The notes beneath the pieces were generated by a model. The model saw only the letters and a list, made by a program, of their open reading frames with translations, did not search any database and was not told the origin of the DNA. Positions 24,607 through 33,270 of a stretch of DNA of 45,243 nt are shown in pieces; the stretch's first letter is position 1; every line of letters starts with the position of its first letter. The translations under genes and the position numbers were made by a program. This DNA is from Escherichia phage vB_EcoS-CHD5UKE2. The DNA lies in sequence record NC_073059.1. One strand, given 5' to 3'.

Positions 24607-26894
24607 AAGACTTCGAACGCCTGTTTCTTGACACCGAGACATATAGCGGGGTGGACCTGAAGAAAGCAGGTGCGTATGCCTATGCAGAACACCCATCCAC
24701 CGAGATTATGATTTGCACCTACGCCATCGACGAGGGCCGCGTGCAGACATGGGACGCCACTGAATCCCCCACGATGCCGCGTGAACTGCGCAAGGCGCTA
24801 CGCCAGGTAACCCGCAAGAAAGCAAAAATAGTGATGGCTAACGGCCTCCTGTTTGACCGCCTGGTTATCCGTGAAAAGTGGGGCATCGACCTGCCGGTAA
24901 GCCAGATCGAAGATACGATGATTATGGCCTTTCGTCACGCGCTGCCGGGTGGCCTCGATATGCAATGCCAGGTGCTGGGCGTTGACGCAGAGCACGCGAA
25001 GGATAAGGCAGGCAAGGCGCTGATTAAGCGATTTTGTAAGCCGACCCCTAAGACCTACAAAATCCGCCGCTACACGCGCGAGACTCACCCTGAAGAATGG
25101 GCTAAATTCCTGCGCTATGCCGCGCTGGATATTATCGCAATGCGTGAAGTCTACTGGCGAATACCGGACTGGGGCAACTCACCGAAGGAAGATGAAATCC
25201 TGCGTATCGACCAGTTGATTAACGACCGTGGCTTCTATGTGGACGTTGACCTGGCGAACGCCGCGATCAAGGCGGTGCAGGTGCACAAAGAAGAATTGAA
25301 GGAAGAAGCCTGGGAACTGTTCGGCGGTAAACTGACCGGTAATGACTTCCTGCCAATCCTGCGTGATATTGCCCCGGCGTTCACCATTCACAACGCGCAG
25401 AAATCCACGCTGAATGATTTGCTGGAAGATCCAGACTTCCCCGACGAGGGCAAAGTGCTTATTGAAATGCGCCTCGGCGCGTCATCAACGGCATCGACTA
25501 AATACAATCCGCTCGTCAATGGTCTTTCTGCCGATGGTCGCCGCCGTGGTTGTCTTCAGTATGGTGGGGCAAAGCGCACACTACGCTGGGCCGGTAAAGG
25601 CTTTCAGCCTCAAAACCTGGCACGTGGCGAGTACAGTGATGACCACGAAGGGAAGATTAAGCGCCGCGAAGGTGAGAGCGACGTCTCGTTTTGGGTACGG
25701 TCGCACATGCTCACCAACGGCATCAACTCCCTGTTACGCGGGACCGCGCACTGGGCGTATGACATATCGAAGCTAACCGCCTCGACCGTTCGCGGGTGCA
25801 TTATCCCGGCTAAGGGCAAGAAGTTTGTTGTAGCGGACTACTCCAACGTGGAAGGGCGTGGCCTTGCCTGGATCGCTGGCGAGAAAACCGCGCTTATGGT
25901 GTTTAAGGCCGGACGCGATATCTATTGTGAAACTGCCGGTAAGATGTTTGGCCTTGACCCGGACTACATCAAAGCCAACCGCAAAGACCTACGCCAGATT
26001 GGTAAGGCGTGTGAATTGGGACTGGGCTATGGTGGCGGCGTCGCGGCGTTCTTGCAGTTTGCTAAAAACCTGGGCCTCGACCTGTACGCAATGGCTGACG
26101 TCATGAAGGGAACATTCCCCGATCATATTTGGGCGGCGGCTAAACGCGGTTATGAGTTTGCCCGCATCAACGAAGCGAAGCGCCCGCCGAAGACCGGCAA
26201 GAAAGACGAGCGCCCGACTTACATACTGCCTAAAAACGTGTGGTTGACCTGCGACGCGATCAAACGTATGTGGCGTGAATCTCACCCGAAGACCGTAGCC
26301 TTTTGGGCCGAGCTTGAGGAGGCGGTGTTATGTGCGATACGCAATCCAGGTAAGGCATACTGGGCTGGCGCGAACGTTCGCCCGGATGGCAAGAAAGCGC
26401 TCAAGATTGTGCGCACGAAGGCGAAGCACGACCCCACCTTTGACGAGGAACGCGACGACCCGAACGCCGCGGGCTGGTGGCTGAAGGTTGAGTTGCCGTC
26501 AGGGCGAATCATGAGCTACCCCGGAATCGCGCTGTCTGTCACTACCGAGATTGACGAAGACACCGGCAAGAAGCGCACCAGTACCCGCATCAAATACCAG
26601 GGCGAGAATCAGACGACGCGCCAGTGGGGATTCCAATATACCTACGGCGGCAAACTTACGGAGAACATCGTACAGGCGTTGTGCCGCGATATTCTCGCAT
26701 GGTCCATGCCTGGTGTTGAAGCTGCGGGCTATGAAATCGTCCTGTCAGTGCACGATGAATTGATCACCGAAGTGCCGGACACCGACGATTACACGACCGA
26801 GGAGCTTTGCGCGCTGATGTGTGACCTGCCTATATGGGCGAAAGGTTTCCCACTTGCCGCCGAAGGCGACATCATGTATCGGTATAGGAAGTAA
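24603..26894 (+). CDS. DNA polymerase, family A, with 3'-5' exonuclease domain
   Basis: 763 aa; Exo I-like LDTETYS; Pol A motif B-like RQIGKACELGLGYGGG and motif C VHDELI. Confidence 0.8.
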   Translation: MKDFERLFLDTETYSGVDLKKAGAYAYAEHPSTEIMICTYAIDEGRVQTWDATESPTMPRELRKALRQVTRKKAKIVMANGLLFDRLVIREKWGIDLPVSQIEDTMIMAFRHALPGGLDMQCQVLGVDAEHAKDKAGKALIKRFCKPTPKTYKIRRYTRETHPEEWAKFLRYAALDIIAMREVYWRIPDWGNSPKEDEILRIDQLINDRGFYVDVDLANAAIKAVQVHKEELKEEAWELFGGKLTGNDFLPILRDIAPAFTIHNAQKSTLNDLLEDPDFPDEGKVLIEMRLGASSTASTKYNPLVNGLSADGRRRGCLQYGGAKRTLRWAGKGFQPQNLARGEYSDDHEGKIKRREGESDVSFWVRSHMLTNGINSLLRGTAHWAYDISKLTASTVRGCIIPAKGKKFVVADYSNVEGRGLAWIAGEKTALMVFKAGRDIYCETAGKMFGLDPDYIKANRKDLRQIGKACELGLGYGGGVAAFLQFAKNLGLDLYAMADVMKGTFPDHIWAAAKRGYEFARINEAKRPPKTGKKDERPTYILPKNVWLTCDAIKRMWRESHPKTVAFWAELEEAVLCAIRNPGKAYWAGANVRPDGKKALKIVRTKAKHDPTFDEERDDPNAAGWWLKVELPSGRIMSYPGIALSVTTEIDEDTGKKRTSTRIKYQGENQTTRQWGFQYTYGGKLTENIVQALCRDILAWSMPGVEAAGYEIVLSVHDELITEVPDTDDYTTEELCALMCDLPIWAKGFPLAAEGDIMYRYRK

Positions 26895-26898
26895 GATT

Positions 26899-27090
26899 AT
26901 GAAAGCAGAATTAAGCATAATGCGCGCTGGCGCGACGGACGATGACGAGATTCGCATCGTCCTTAGACTGGAACGTGGCAAGACCATCACGGCACTTGTC
27001 ACGCCTGAAAACCTGGCGCTGGCGCTAACCGGTCGATCGGACATACCGGTAGACCTCCGTCTGCGTAACGTGGAGTTGCAAACCAAATGA
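26899..27090 (+). CDS. Hypothetical small protein
   Basis: ATG 26899 with RBS AGGAAG; 63 aa. Confidence 0.4.
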   Translation: MKAELSIMRAGATDDDEIRIVLRLERGKTITALVTPENLALALTGRSDIPVDLRLRNVELQTK

Positions 27091-27365
27091 CACCCGAAGG
27101 CAAGATACAAAGTCACCTGATGCGACGGGTGAAAGAGGTCGGCGGATTCTGCCGTAAACTGGCATGGGAGGGGCGCGCAGGTGCGCCCGACCTGATTATT
27201 ATCATCAACGGCATCATAGTATTCGTCGAAGTGAAGCGCCCCGGCGGAAAACCGAAGCCGCACCAGGTGCGAGAACATGAGCGAATGGCCCGCCGCGGTG
27301 CTGACGTTCGCGTTATTGACAACATAGCCGACTGCGATTTATTGGTTGCTGAATTGGTCGCGTAG
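27087..27365 (+). CDS. VRR-NUC domain nuclease
   Basis: 92 aa; PDLIIIINGIIVFVEVKRPGGKPKPHQ matches the PD-(D/E)xK VRR-NUC pattern; ATGA coupling to the upstream gene. Confidence 0.6.
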   Translation: MTPEGKIQSHLMRRVKEVGGFCRKLAWEGRAGAPDLIIIINGIIVFVEVKRPGGKPKPHQVREHERMARRGADVRVIDNIADCDLLVAELVA

Positions 27366-27405
27366 CGGTATAGTGTGCCGGTTAGCCCTATCGAGGATTT
27401 TAGAA

Positions 27406-27579
27406 ATGATTGAAGAAAAACGTTGCAGTAACTGCGGCTGCATCAAGCCGCTATCCCAGTTCCACAAATACACCGGAAAGACTGCGCGCAGTCCAGACGG
27501 GCATCGGGCCGAGTGCAAATCGTGCCGCAATAAGAAAGAACGTGATCGGCAGCGCCGCTATCGCGCAGAACAAGAATAA
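27406..27579 (+). CDS. Zinc-ribbon small protein
   Basis: ATG 27406; CSNCGC ... CKSCRNK four-Cys arrangement; 57 aa. Confidence 0.4.
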   Translation: MIEEKRCSNCGCIKPLSQFHKYTGKTARSPDGHRAECKSCRNKKERDRQRRYRAEQE

Positions 27580-27615
27580 TCAATACGGCGGGCTTGTCCC
27601 GCCATTTTTGGAGGC

Positions 27616-27840
27616 ATGACGATGAAAGAACATTACCGACTCACCAAGCTGGGCGAGTGCAAACCTGGCGATCGCGTATGGTTTATCGCAGGCATGAATT
27701 ACCCGCTGCCGTTGACAGTGTGCTGGCAGAAGTTTAAGAGCTTCCGCGCGACCGGTGTGCACATTGGACACGCCACCAACTACGACGCCACAAAGAGGAA
27801 TTGGAACAGTGAAACCGAAGTCTGGAAAAAGGCGGAATAA
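27616..27840 (+). CDS. Hypothetical protein
   Basis: 74 aa ORF directly upstream of the helicase gene. Confidence 0.4.
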   Translation: MTMKEHYRLTKLGECKPGDRVWFIAGMNYPLPLTVCWQKFKSFRATGVHIGHATNYDATKRNWNSETEVWKKAE

Positions 27841-27844
27841 AGAT

Positions 27845-29269
27845 ATGGCACGATTCCGACGTCGCGAATATCAGAAATTGATAACCGCGTTTATTCTCAA
27901 GCATGAGCGCTGCAATATTTGGGCGACAATGGGGTCCGGTAAAACCGGCGCGACTATGTGGGCGCTAAACAAAATGTTCCAGACTGGCATCCTGTCCAAC
28001 CAGGAGGACCGCGTACTGGTGCTGGCCCCGCTGCGCGTTGCGTCCGGTACGTGGCCCCCGGAACAAGAAAAATGGAGATTCCCCGCCCTGCTGGTAGTAG
28101 ACGGCACCGGGCCAGAGAAGGACCGCATTGCGGCGCTTGAGAGCAACGCTAACGTGGTTTGTGTCAACTACGATGTTGTTGAGTGGCTTGTCGAGTATTG
28201 CGGCGACGAGTGGCCTTTTACGGTCGTTGTTGCCGATGAATCCACTAAGCTGAAAGGCTATCGCAGCAAGCAAGGCAGTAAGCGCGCACGCGCACTGGCG
28301 GCGATCGCACATAAGCACGTCAGGCGCTGGATTAACCTGACCGGCACACCAGCACCAAACGGACTGAAAGACCTATGGGGCCAGACGTGGTTTGTCGACG
28401 GTGGCGAACGACTCGGCAGTAGCTATAAGGCATTCACCGATCGCTGGTTTATTAGCAAGCCTGTTAAGCCAGGCAGCTTCACTATGCAGCACGCCCCGCT
28501 AAAGAACTCCGAGAAGGAGATCCAACAGCGCCTGTCCGATGTATCCCTTACCGTGGACGCGGCTGAATACTTCGGATGTGACAAGCCAATCTACACGCCG
28601 GTTGTCGTGGACCTGCCGAAGAAAGCCCGCAAGATTTATGACCAGTTTGAGAGTGAGCTATTTGCCGAACTGGAAAGCGGAACAGTGGAAGCGGCGAACG
28701 CTGCGGCTAAGACCATCAAGTGCCTTCAGCTTGCATCCGGTGCCGTGTATAAGGTGGACGAAGACGGAGAGCGGACCGACGAGTGGGAGAAGATTCACGA
28801 CGCCAAGCTGGACGCGCTGGAAAGTATCGTAGAGGAGTTGAACGGAGCGCCGTTGCTCGTTGCGTACCAGTACAAGCACGACCTGGCACGTCTGAAGAAG
28901 AAGTTTCCCCACGGCGTTGCGATGGGTAAGGGTAAGCAGGGCAATAAGGATATGGAAGCGTGGAACAGGGGCGAGATTCCCATCATGTTCGCACACCCGG
29001 CATCGGCTGGTCACGGCCTTAACTTGCAGGACGGCGGTCATCACCTGGCTATCTTCTCGGATACGTGGAACTATGAGCACTTTGCGCAGATCGTGGAGCG
29101 TATCGGGCCAGTTCGCCAGATGCAAGCCGGGCACCCTCGACCGGTATTCGTCTATATTATCCAGGCACGCGGGACACTGGACGAACTGGTGGCGGACCGC
29201 CGCGATGGTAAGCGCGACATCCAGGACGACTTGATGGAATACATGAAAGCTAAGAAGGTGCGCAAGTGA
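27845..29269 (+). CDS. SNF2-family DNA helicase
   Basis: Start revised to ATG 27845; Walker A GSGKTG, DExx box VADEST, LTGTPAPN motif. Confidence 0.7.
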   Translation: MARFRRREYQKLITAFILKHERCNIWATMGSGKTGATMWALNKMFQTGILSNQEDRVLVLAPLRVASGTWPPEQEKWRFPALLVVDGTGPEKDRIAALESNANVVCVNYDVVEWLVEYCGDEWPFTVVVADESTKLKGYRSKQGSKRARALAAIAHKHVRRWINLTGTPAPNGLKDLWGQTWFVDGGERLGSSYKAFTDRWFISKPVKPGSFTMQHAPLKNSEKEIQQRLSDVSLTVDAAEYFGCDKPIYTPVVVDLPKKARKIYDQFESELFAELESGTVEAANAAAKTIKCLQLASGAVYKVDEDGERTDEWEKIHDAKLDALESIVEELNGAPLLVAYQYKHDLARLKKKFPHGVAMGKGKQGNKDMEAWNRGEIPIMFAHPASAGHGLNLQDGGHHLAIFSDTWNYEHFAQIVERIGPVRQMQAGHPRPVFVYIIQARGTLDELVADRRDGKRDIQDDLMEYMKAKKVRK

Positions 29270-29961
29270 TTATCTGGTCATTATTTGACGGCAGCGGCTT
29301 GATGATAGAGCGCGCTGCCGAGATGGGGCATAAATGCTACTGTTTCAACTACTCGGAAGCCGATCACGGGTCTTACCTTGACTACCGGATTTATGGTCGC
29401 GGTATCCGCTATCGTAACGAGTTTATCGATCTGGACTTCGTGGACCGCGCGATGAATGGCGATTTCGGCACGCCGGATATTATCTACGCGTTTCCGCCGT
29501 GTACGGATCTGGCGGTGAGCGGTGCGCCAGCTTTCCCGTGCAAGCGTGCGAAAGACCCCGCCTTTCAGCTTAAGGCAGTGCGCACCGCGAAGATTGCCGC
29601 TTACCTGGGTGACTTCTTTGAAGTGCCATATATGATTGAGAATCCGCGCAGTGTGCTATCCACCCAGTGGCGCAAGCCAGACCACTCGTTTGATCCGTGG
29701 GAGTATGGCGGCTATCTGCCGGAGGATGACGTACATCCGTTGTTCCCGGAATACATCAACGACCGCGATTCATATCCAAAGCTGACCTGTTTATGGGCTG
29801 GCAATGGCTTTCGTATGCCGGAGAAAAAGCCGGTATTCGTTGAAAAAGGGTACTCGAAGCAGTATAGTCGCCTCGGTGGCAAATCTGCCCGCACCAAATT
29901 AATACGGTCGCTCACTCCGCGCGGCTTCGCAATAGCAGTCAATGAGGAAAATTTAAAATGA
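29266..29961 (+). CDS. Short DNA (cytosine-5)-methyltransferase-like protein
   Basis: GTG start overlapping the helicase stop, RBS AAGGTG; motif I-like LFDGSG, motif IV-like FPPCTDLAVSG (catalytic Cys retained), motif VI-like MIENPR; only 231 aa. Confidence 0.45.
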   Translation: MIIWSLFDGSGLMIERAAEMGHKCYCFNYSEADHGSYLDYRIYGRGIRYRNEFIDLDFVDRAMNGDFGTPDIIYAFPPCTDLAVSGAPAFPCKRAKDPAFQLKAVRTAKIAAYLGDFFEVPYMIENPRSVLSTQWRKPDHSFDPWEYGGYLPEDDVHPLFPEYINDRDSYPKLTCLWAGNGFRMPEKKPVFVEKGYSKQYSRLGGKSARTKLIRSLTPRGFAIAVNEENLK

Positions 29962-30281
29962 ACACTACATTCGAAGCCATCGACTTCTCGGTCGCAATGA
30001 CTAACCAGTTATTCACCTATGACAGCAAAACCGGCGTCATCCGTCTGAAGTCCACCGGCTGCAAGATTGGCAACCTTAACACTGCCGATGGCGGTACGCG
30101 TATCGAATGCAACGGCAAGAAGCTGTCTGGCGCGCGCGTGGCGTGGATTATCGAAACCGGCAATACAATCCCTCCAGGCTTCGCAGTTGTGTGTCGCCAG
30201 CGCACGCCAGGGCACTACGGCAACCGAATGAGCAACCTTTATCTGGTAGATGTAGCGCGCGACCCGAATTTTTATGAATAA
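29958..30281 (+). CDS. Small HNH-endonuclease-like protein (weak)
   Basis: Spacing of Gly, His and Asn residues (…RVAWIIETGNTIPPGFAVVCRQRTPGHYGNRMSNL) loosely resembles phage HNH_3 domains. Confidence 0.3.
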   Translation: MNTTFEAIDFSVAMTNQLFTYDSKTGVIRLKSTGCKIGNLNTADGGTRIECNGKKLSGARVAWIIETGNTIPPGFAVVCRQRTPGHYGNRMSNLYLVDVARDPNFYE

Positions 30282-30318
30282 ATTGGTTGCGTAATTAGAT
30301 TGGTTGCATTATCTTAAG

Positions 30319-30350
30319 GGTGTCCGGTTGGACGCCCTTTTTAATACCTG
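30319..30350 (+). terminator. Terminator-like hairpin in the leader of the following gene
   Basis: gggtgtcc-ggtt-ggacgccc followed by TTTTTAAT, sitting between TTGGTTGCG/TTGGTTGCA boxes and the RBS. Confidence 0.4.
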
Positions 30351-30361
30351 GAGACAACACG

Positions 30362-30826
30362 ATGAAAATTTTACAAGAAGAAAAAGCATACTGGGCCGCG
30401 CAATGCCTCGAAGCCCGTGAACAGGCCGAACGCGCGAACGCGCTGGCGGACACCAACCAGGCGCTATATGAAGGAGAGAAGAAAGTGCGCCGGGAGTTGG
30501 AGGAACGCTTCGAACTGCTTTTCGAATTGATGGGGATTATGCAGCGCACCGGATACACAACCAGCGTTGCGCTAAACCGCATCACTGCCGAAGGGCTGCG
30601 GGAACATTGCAAACGTGCGGAGGAGTACGTGCGACCTAAAGGTAGACAGTCTAAGGTTGATCGTAAAGATTTGGTGCTTGTGGCGTGGCACAATACTCAG
30701 ACGGGTAGCTACTACCCGGATGCGCGCCCACGTAGTGAAGAGGACGCAAAGCGCGTGCATCGCATAGTCGGCAAATACGAAAAGATTGCCCTATACGCAC
30801 TGGACCCGCAGAATGACGAAGAGTGA
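30362..30826 (+). CDS. Hypothetical protein
   Basis: ATG 30362 with RBS GGAGAC; 154 aa. Confidence 0.5.
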   Translation: MKILQEEKAYWAAQCLEAREQAERANALADTNQALYEGEKKVRRELEERFELLFELMGIMQRTGYTTSVALNRITAEGLREHCKRAEEYVRPKGRQSKVDRKDLVLVAWHNTQTGSYYPDARPRSEEDAKRVHRIVGKYEKIALYALDPQNDEE

Positions 30827-31298
30827 GCAAAAAGATAGCTGGCGTACGCCGCCAGCTTTATTTAAACCGCTTCGTAAGAAATACCGATTCCGTTACGATA
30901 TGGCGGCAAGCGACACCAATCACCTGCTACCGCGCTACTTCACGGCGGAGCATAGCGCGCTTGAGGCGGACTGGTCAGAGTTGAAAGGGTGGAAGTGGTG
31001 CAATCCGCCGTACTCCGATCCGCTGCCGTGGGTCGAGTGCGCTGCGCACGGACGCCGTACTGTCATGCTACTGAATCAGGACACGTCAACGAAGTGGGCG
31101 AGGCTGGCCCGGAAGACTGCCAATATGATAATTCTTCTGGACTGGCGTGTGCGATTCATCCATGCTGTGACCGGCGAAGTTGGGCCGAGCAATAATAAGT
31201 GCCAGCAATTGATAATATTTGACGAAGCGCCGCCCACCGGCAGCGCACAAATTGAAATAATGAGCGAGAGTGAGCTACATGAATATCTTAATCGTTGA
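30813..31298 (+). CDS. DNA N6-adenine methyltransferase (phage Dam-like)
   Basis: Catalytic NPPY motif (WKWCNPPYSDP) and N-terminal WRTPPALF; start uncertain between 30786 and 30813. Confidence 0.6.
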   Translation: MTKSEQKDSWRTPPALFKPLRKKYRFRYDMAASDTNHLLPRYFTAEHSALEADWSELKGWKWCNPPYSDPLPWVECAAHGRRTVMLLNQDTSTKWARLARKTANMIILLDWRVRFIHAVTGEVGPSNNKCQQLIIFDEAPPTGSAQIEIMSESELHEYLNR

Positions 31299-31503
31299 CC
31301 GCGACCCTGCGGTAGTAGACCTGATACAAAAAGACTATGGAATCGACCCGCGGCATAATCGTGTGCTGCGCGTGTCGCGACCTGAATCCATCATGGGCCT
31401 CGACCTTACCGGCTGGCTTGTCATGACCCAGCGATGCCATTTCGTATGCAACTCCTTTACTGCGCGAAGCGCCCGTCACACCCTTATTGAGAGCTTAAAA
31501 TGA
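31270..31503 (+). CDS. Hypothetical small protein
   Basis: 77 aa ORF overlapping both neighbours; start uncertain. Confidence 0.35.
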   Translation: MSYMNILIVDRDPAVVDLIQKDYGIDPRHNRVLRVSRPESIMGLDLTGWLVMTQRCHFVCNSFTARSARHTLIESLK

Positions 31504-31970
31504 AACTACTGATTTGTGATCTGGATGGCGTTATTAATGGTTCAAGTGATGCGCGTGCTGACCTGGTGCCCGGCATAAAAACCAAATCAACATTTTGGGC
31601 GAAGTGGCACAAAGCACACGTACGCGAAGACCTTAACATGGATATGTTGCCGCTGCTGCGCATGTACAAAGGGCAAGGCTTCGAGATAGCGTATCTGACT
31701 AACCGGCAGCGCGAATGCTGGGATACGACCGCCAAGCAATTGGAAGTATTCCCGACGGGCCGGTTGTTCATGCGCCACATGCTGGACGACACCCCACCGC
31801 CAGAATTTAAAGCATGCGCGGTGGTCAAAATGGTTTGCTATGCGGACGTGTCCGAACTGGTCATCATTGAAGACTGCGCTAAGAATATTGACGCCATCCG
31901 TCGGGCGTGCAGCGATATGGTCCCTAAAATTTATTCTATAAACGTAGCAAAATTTACTTGCAACCAATAG
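31500..31970 (+). CDS. HAD-superfamily phosphatase (possible nucleotidase)
   Basis: N-terminal LICDLDGVI (HAD motif I DxDG); 156 aa. Confidence 0.5.
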   Translation: MKLLICDLDGVINGSSDARADLVPGIKTKSTFWAKWHKAHVREDLNMDMLPLLRMYKGQGFEIAYLTNRQRECWDTTAKQLEVFPTGRLFMRHMLDDTPPPEFKACAVVKMVCYADVSELVIIEDCAKNIDAIRRACSDMVPKIYSINVAKFTCNQ

Positions 31971-31987
31971 GTTGGTTGCACTATAGT
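31958..31987 (+). promoter_or_regulatory. Sigma70-like promoter with perfect inverted repeat TGCAACCAA-N5-TTGGTTGCA
   Basis: -35 TTGCAA (31958..31963), 18-bp spacer, -10 TATAGT (31982..31987); the palindrome spans both. Confidence 0.55.
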
Positions 31988-32032
31988 TATCTCGTCGGGG
32001 GCAATCCGGCCCCCACTAAAAAGGAAAACATC

Positions 32033-32626
32033 ATGAAAGCATTTGAATACTGCAAGAACGCCGCCACCACTATGGAACAGCGCGGGAAAGAGAACGGCTA
32101 TGATAACGCGAAAGAAGAACGCAGCGCGAAGCAAATCGCTGCCGTGTTTAACGCGCTTACCGGTCGCGACCTTACCGAGCAAGAAGCCTGGACCTTCCTG
32201 ATCTGCCTGAAGCTGGTGCGCCAGCACCGTAAGCACCAGGAAGACAATATTGTTGATCTGGTTGCGTATTCCGCTTTGCTGGGCGAGTCTTACATGACCG
32301 TGCATGACGAGATTCAGATCGATACAACGGCAGCGCAATTCGACAGCCTCAAAGGTTGGCCTATCAAGACCGGCGGCGCGTTCAAGCCTTCGGACCTGTC
32401 CGTGCGCCTGGATGGCGAGATTAATGCGTATAACAGTGCAATGCGCGTTGCCGAGGATACGGTGGCCTCGTTCGGAAAGACGGTTAAAGCTGCCAATTTC
32501 GGTGTGGCAGATCAAGAAGTCCAGCCTATGGTAGTGCTCACTGGCGAGGATGGGTCCAAAATACTCATGACGCCGGAAGACTTCCGCAATATGGAAAAAA
32601 CACTGGTGACTAGCGCACTTAAATAA
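32033..32626 (+). CDS. Hypothetical protein
   Basis: Start revised to ATG 32033 with RBS AAGGAAAAC; 197 aa. Confidence 0.5.
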   Translation: MKAFEYCKNAATTMEQRGKENGYDNAKEERSAKQIAAVFNALTGRDLTEQEAWTFLICLKLVRQHRKHQEDNIVDLVAYSALLGESYMTVHDEIQIDTTAAQFDSLKGWPIKTGGAFKPSDLSVRLDGEINAYNSAMRVAEDTVASFGKTVKAANFGVADQEVQPMVVLTGEDGSKILMTPEDFRNMEKTLVTSALK

Positions 32627-32668
32627 TTCTAATAGCGGGCTTCGGCCCGCAGCAATGAGGGCTTCACA

Positions 32669-33244
32669 ATGTACGGCGAATACGAAATAACCGGTAAACA
32701 ATTCCACATAGCGGCAATGTTGGCGAGCGTCGAGTTTGACCAGTGGCGATTAAAGTCTGACGCGTGCAAGCAAAGCCGACTTGTCGGTGTGCTGGGCGAG
32801 ATGTTTGCTGGCATGTACCTTGAAGGGCAGGCAGGCGGGCGTAGTTGTATCCCGCAAGGCTTGCTTATGCGTACCGGCCTGTTTAGCGCCAATACTATCG
32901 ACCGCGGCGATATTATCATGGTCGGTAAACGCAAGGTTAAGTCCGGCCCCGACTTCCGTGAGCACATGATTGATGCTGTCTGGACCTACGAGGTCAAAGC
33001 CACCAGCGGCATCCGTCGCGGACTGGTAGAGGCGCGTTGCGCTCGCGAGTATCTCACCCGTCGGGTTGCCGGTGTTATCCTGGTGGGCGTATCGTTCGGG
33101 CAACATAGCGCACACGGCGTGATTGAGGATATTGCGGAACCATACGTGATTGTCAACGACTGGCCTCTGGTGGAAGTGGAGGGCAAGGAATATTACGAAA
33201 GCCCGTTAGTACGGCGCAAAATGGACTGGGAAAACTCAAACTAA
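32669..33244 (+). CDS. Hypothetical protein, possible PD-(D/E)xK-type nuclease
   Basis: 191 aa; weak D...EVK-like motif (DAVWTYEVKAT); RBS GAGGG. Confidence 0.35.
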   Translation: MYGEYEITGKQFHIAAMLASVEFDQWRLKSDACKQSRLVGVLGEMFAGMYLEGQAGGRSCIPQGLLMRTGLFSANTIDRGDIIMVGKRKVKSGPDFREHMIDAVWTYEVKATSGIRRGLVEARCAREYLTRRVAGVILVGVSFGQHSAHGVIEDIAEPYVIVNDWPLVEVEGKEYYESPLVRRKMDWENSN

Positions 33245-33248
33245 AAAA

Positions 33249-33264
33249 GGGGCCGTATGGCCCC
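33249..33264. terminator. Bidirectional terminator between the convergent early block and the tail-fibre gene
   Basis: ggggcc-gtat-ggcccc flanked by an A-run and a T-rich run. Confidence 0.55.
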
Positions 33265-33270
33265 TTCTCA

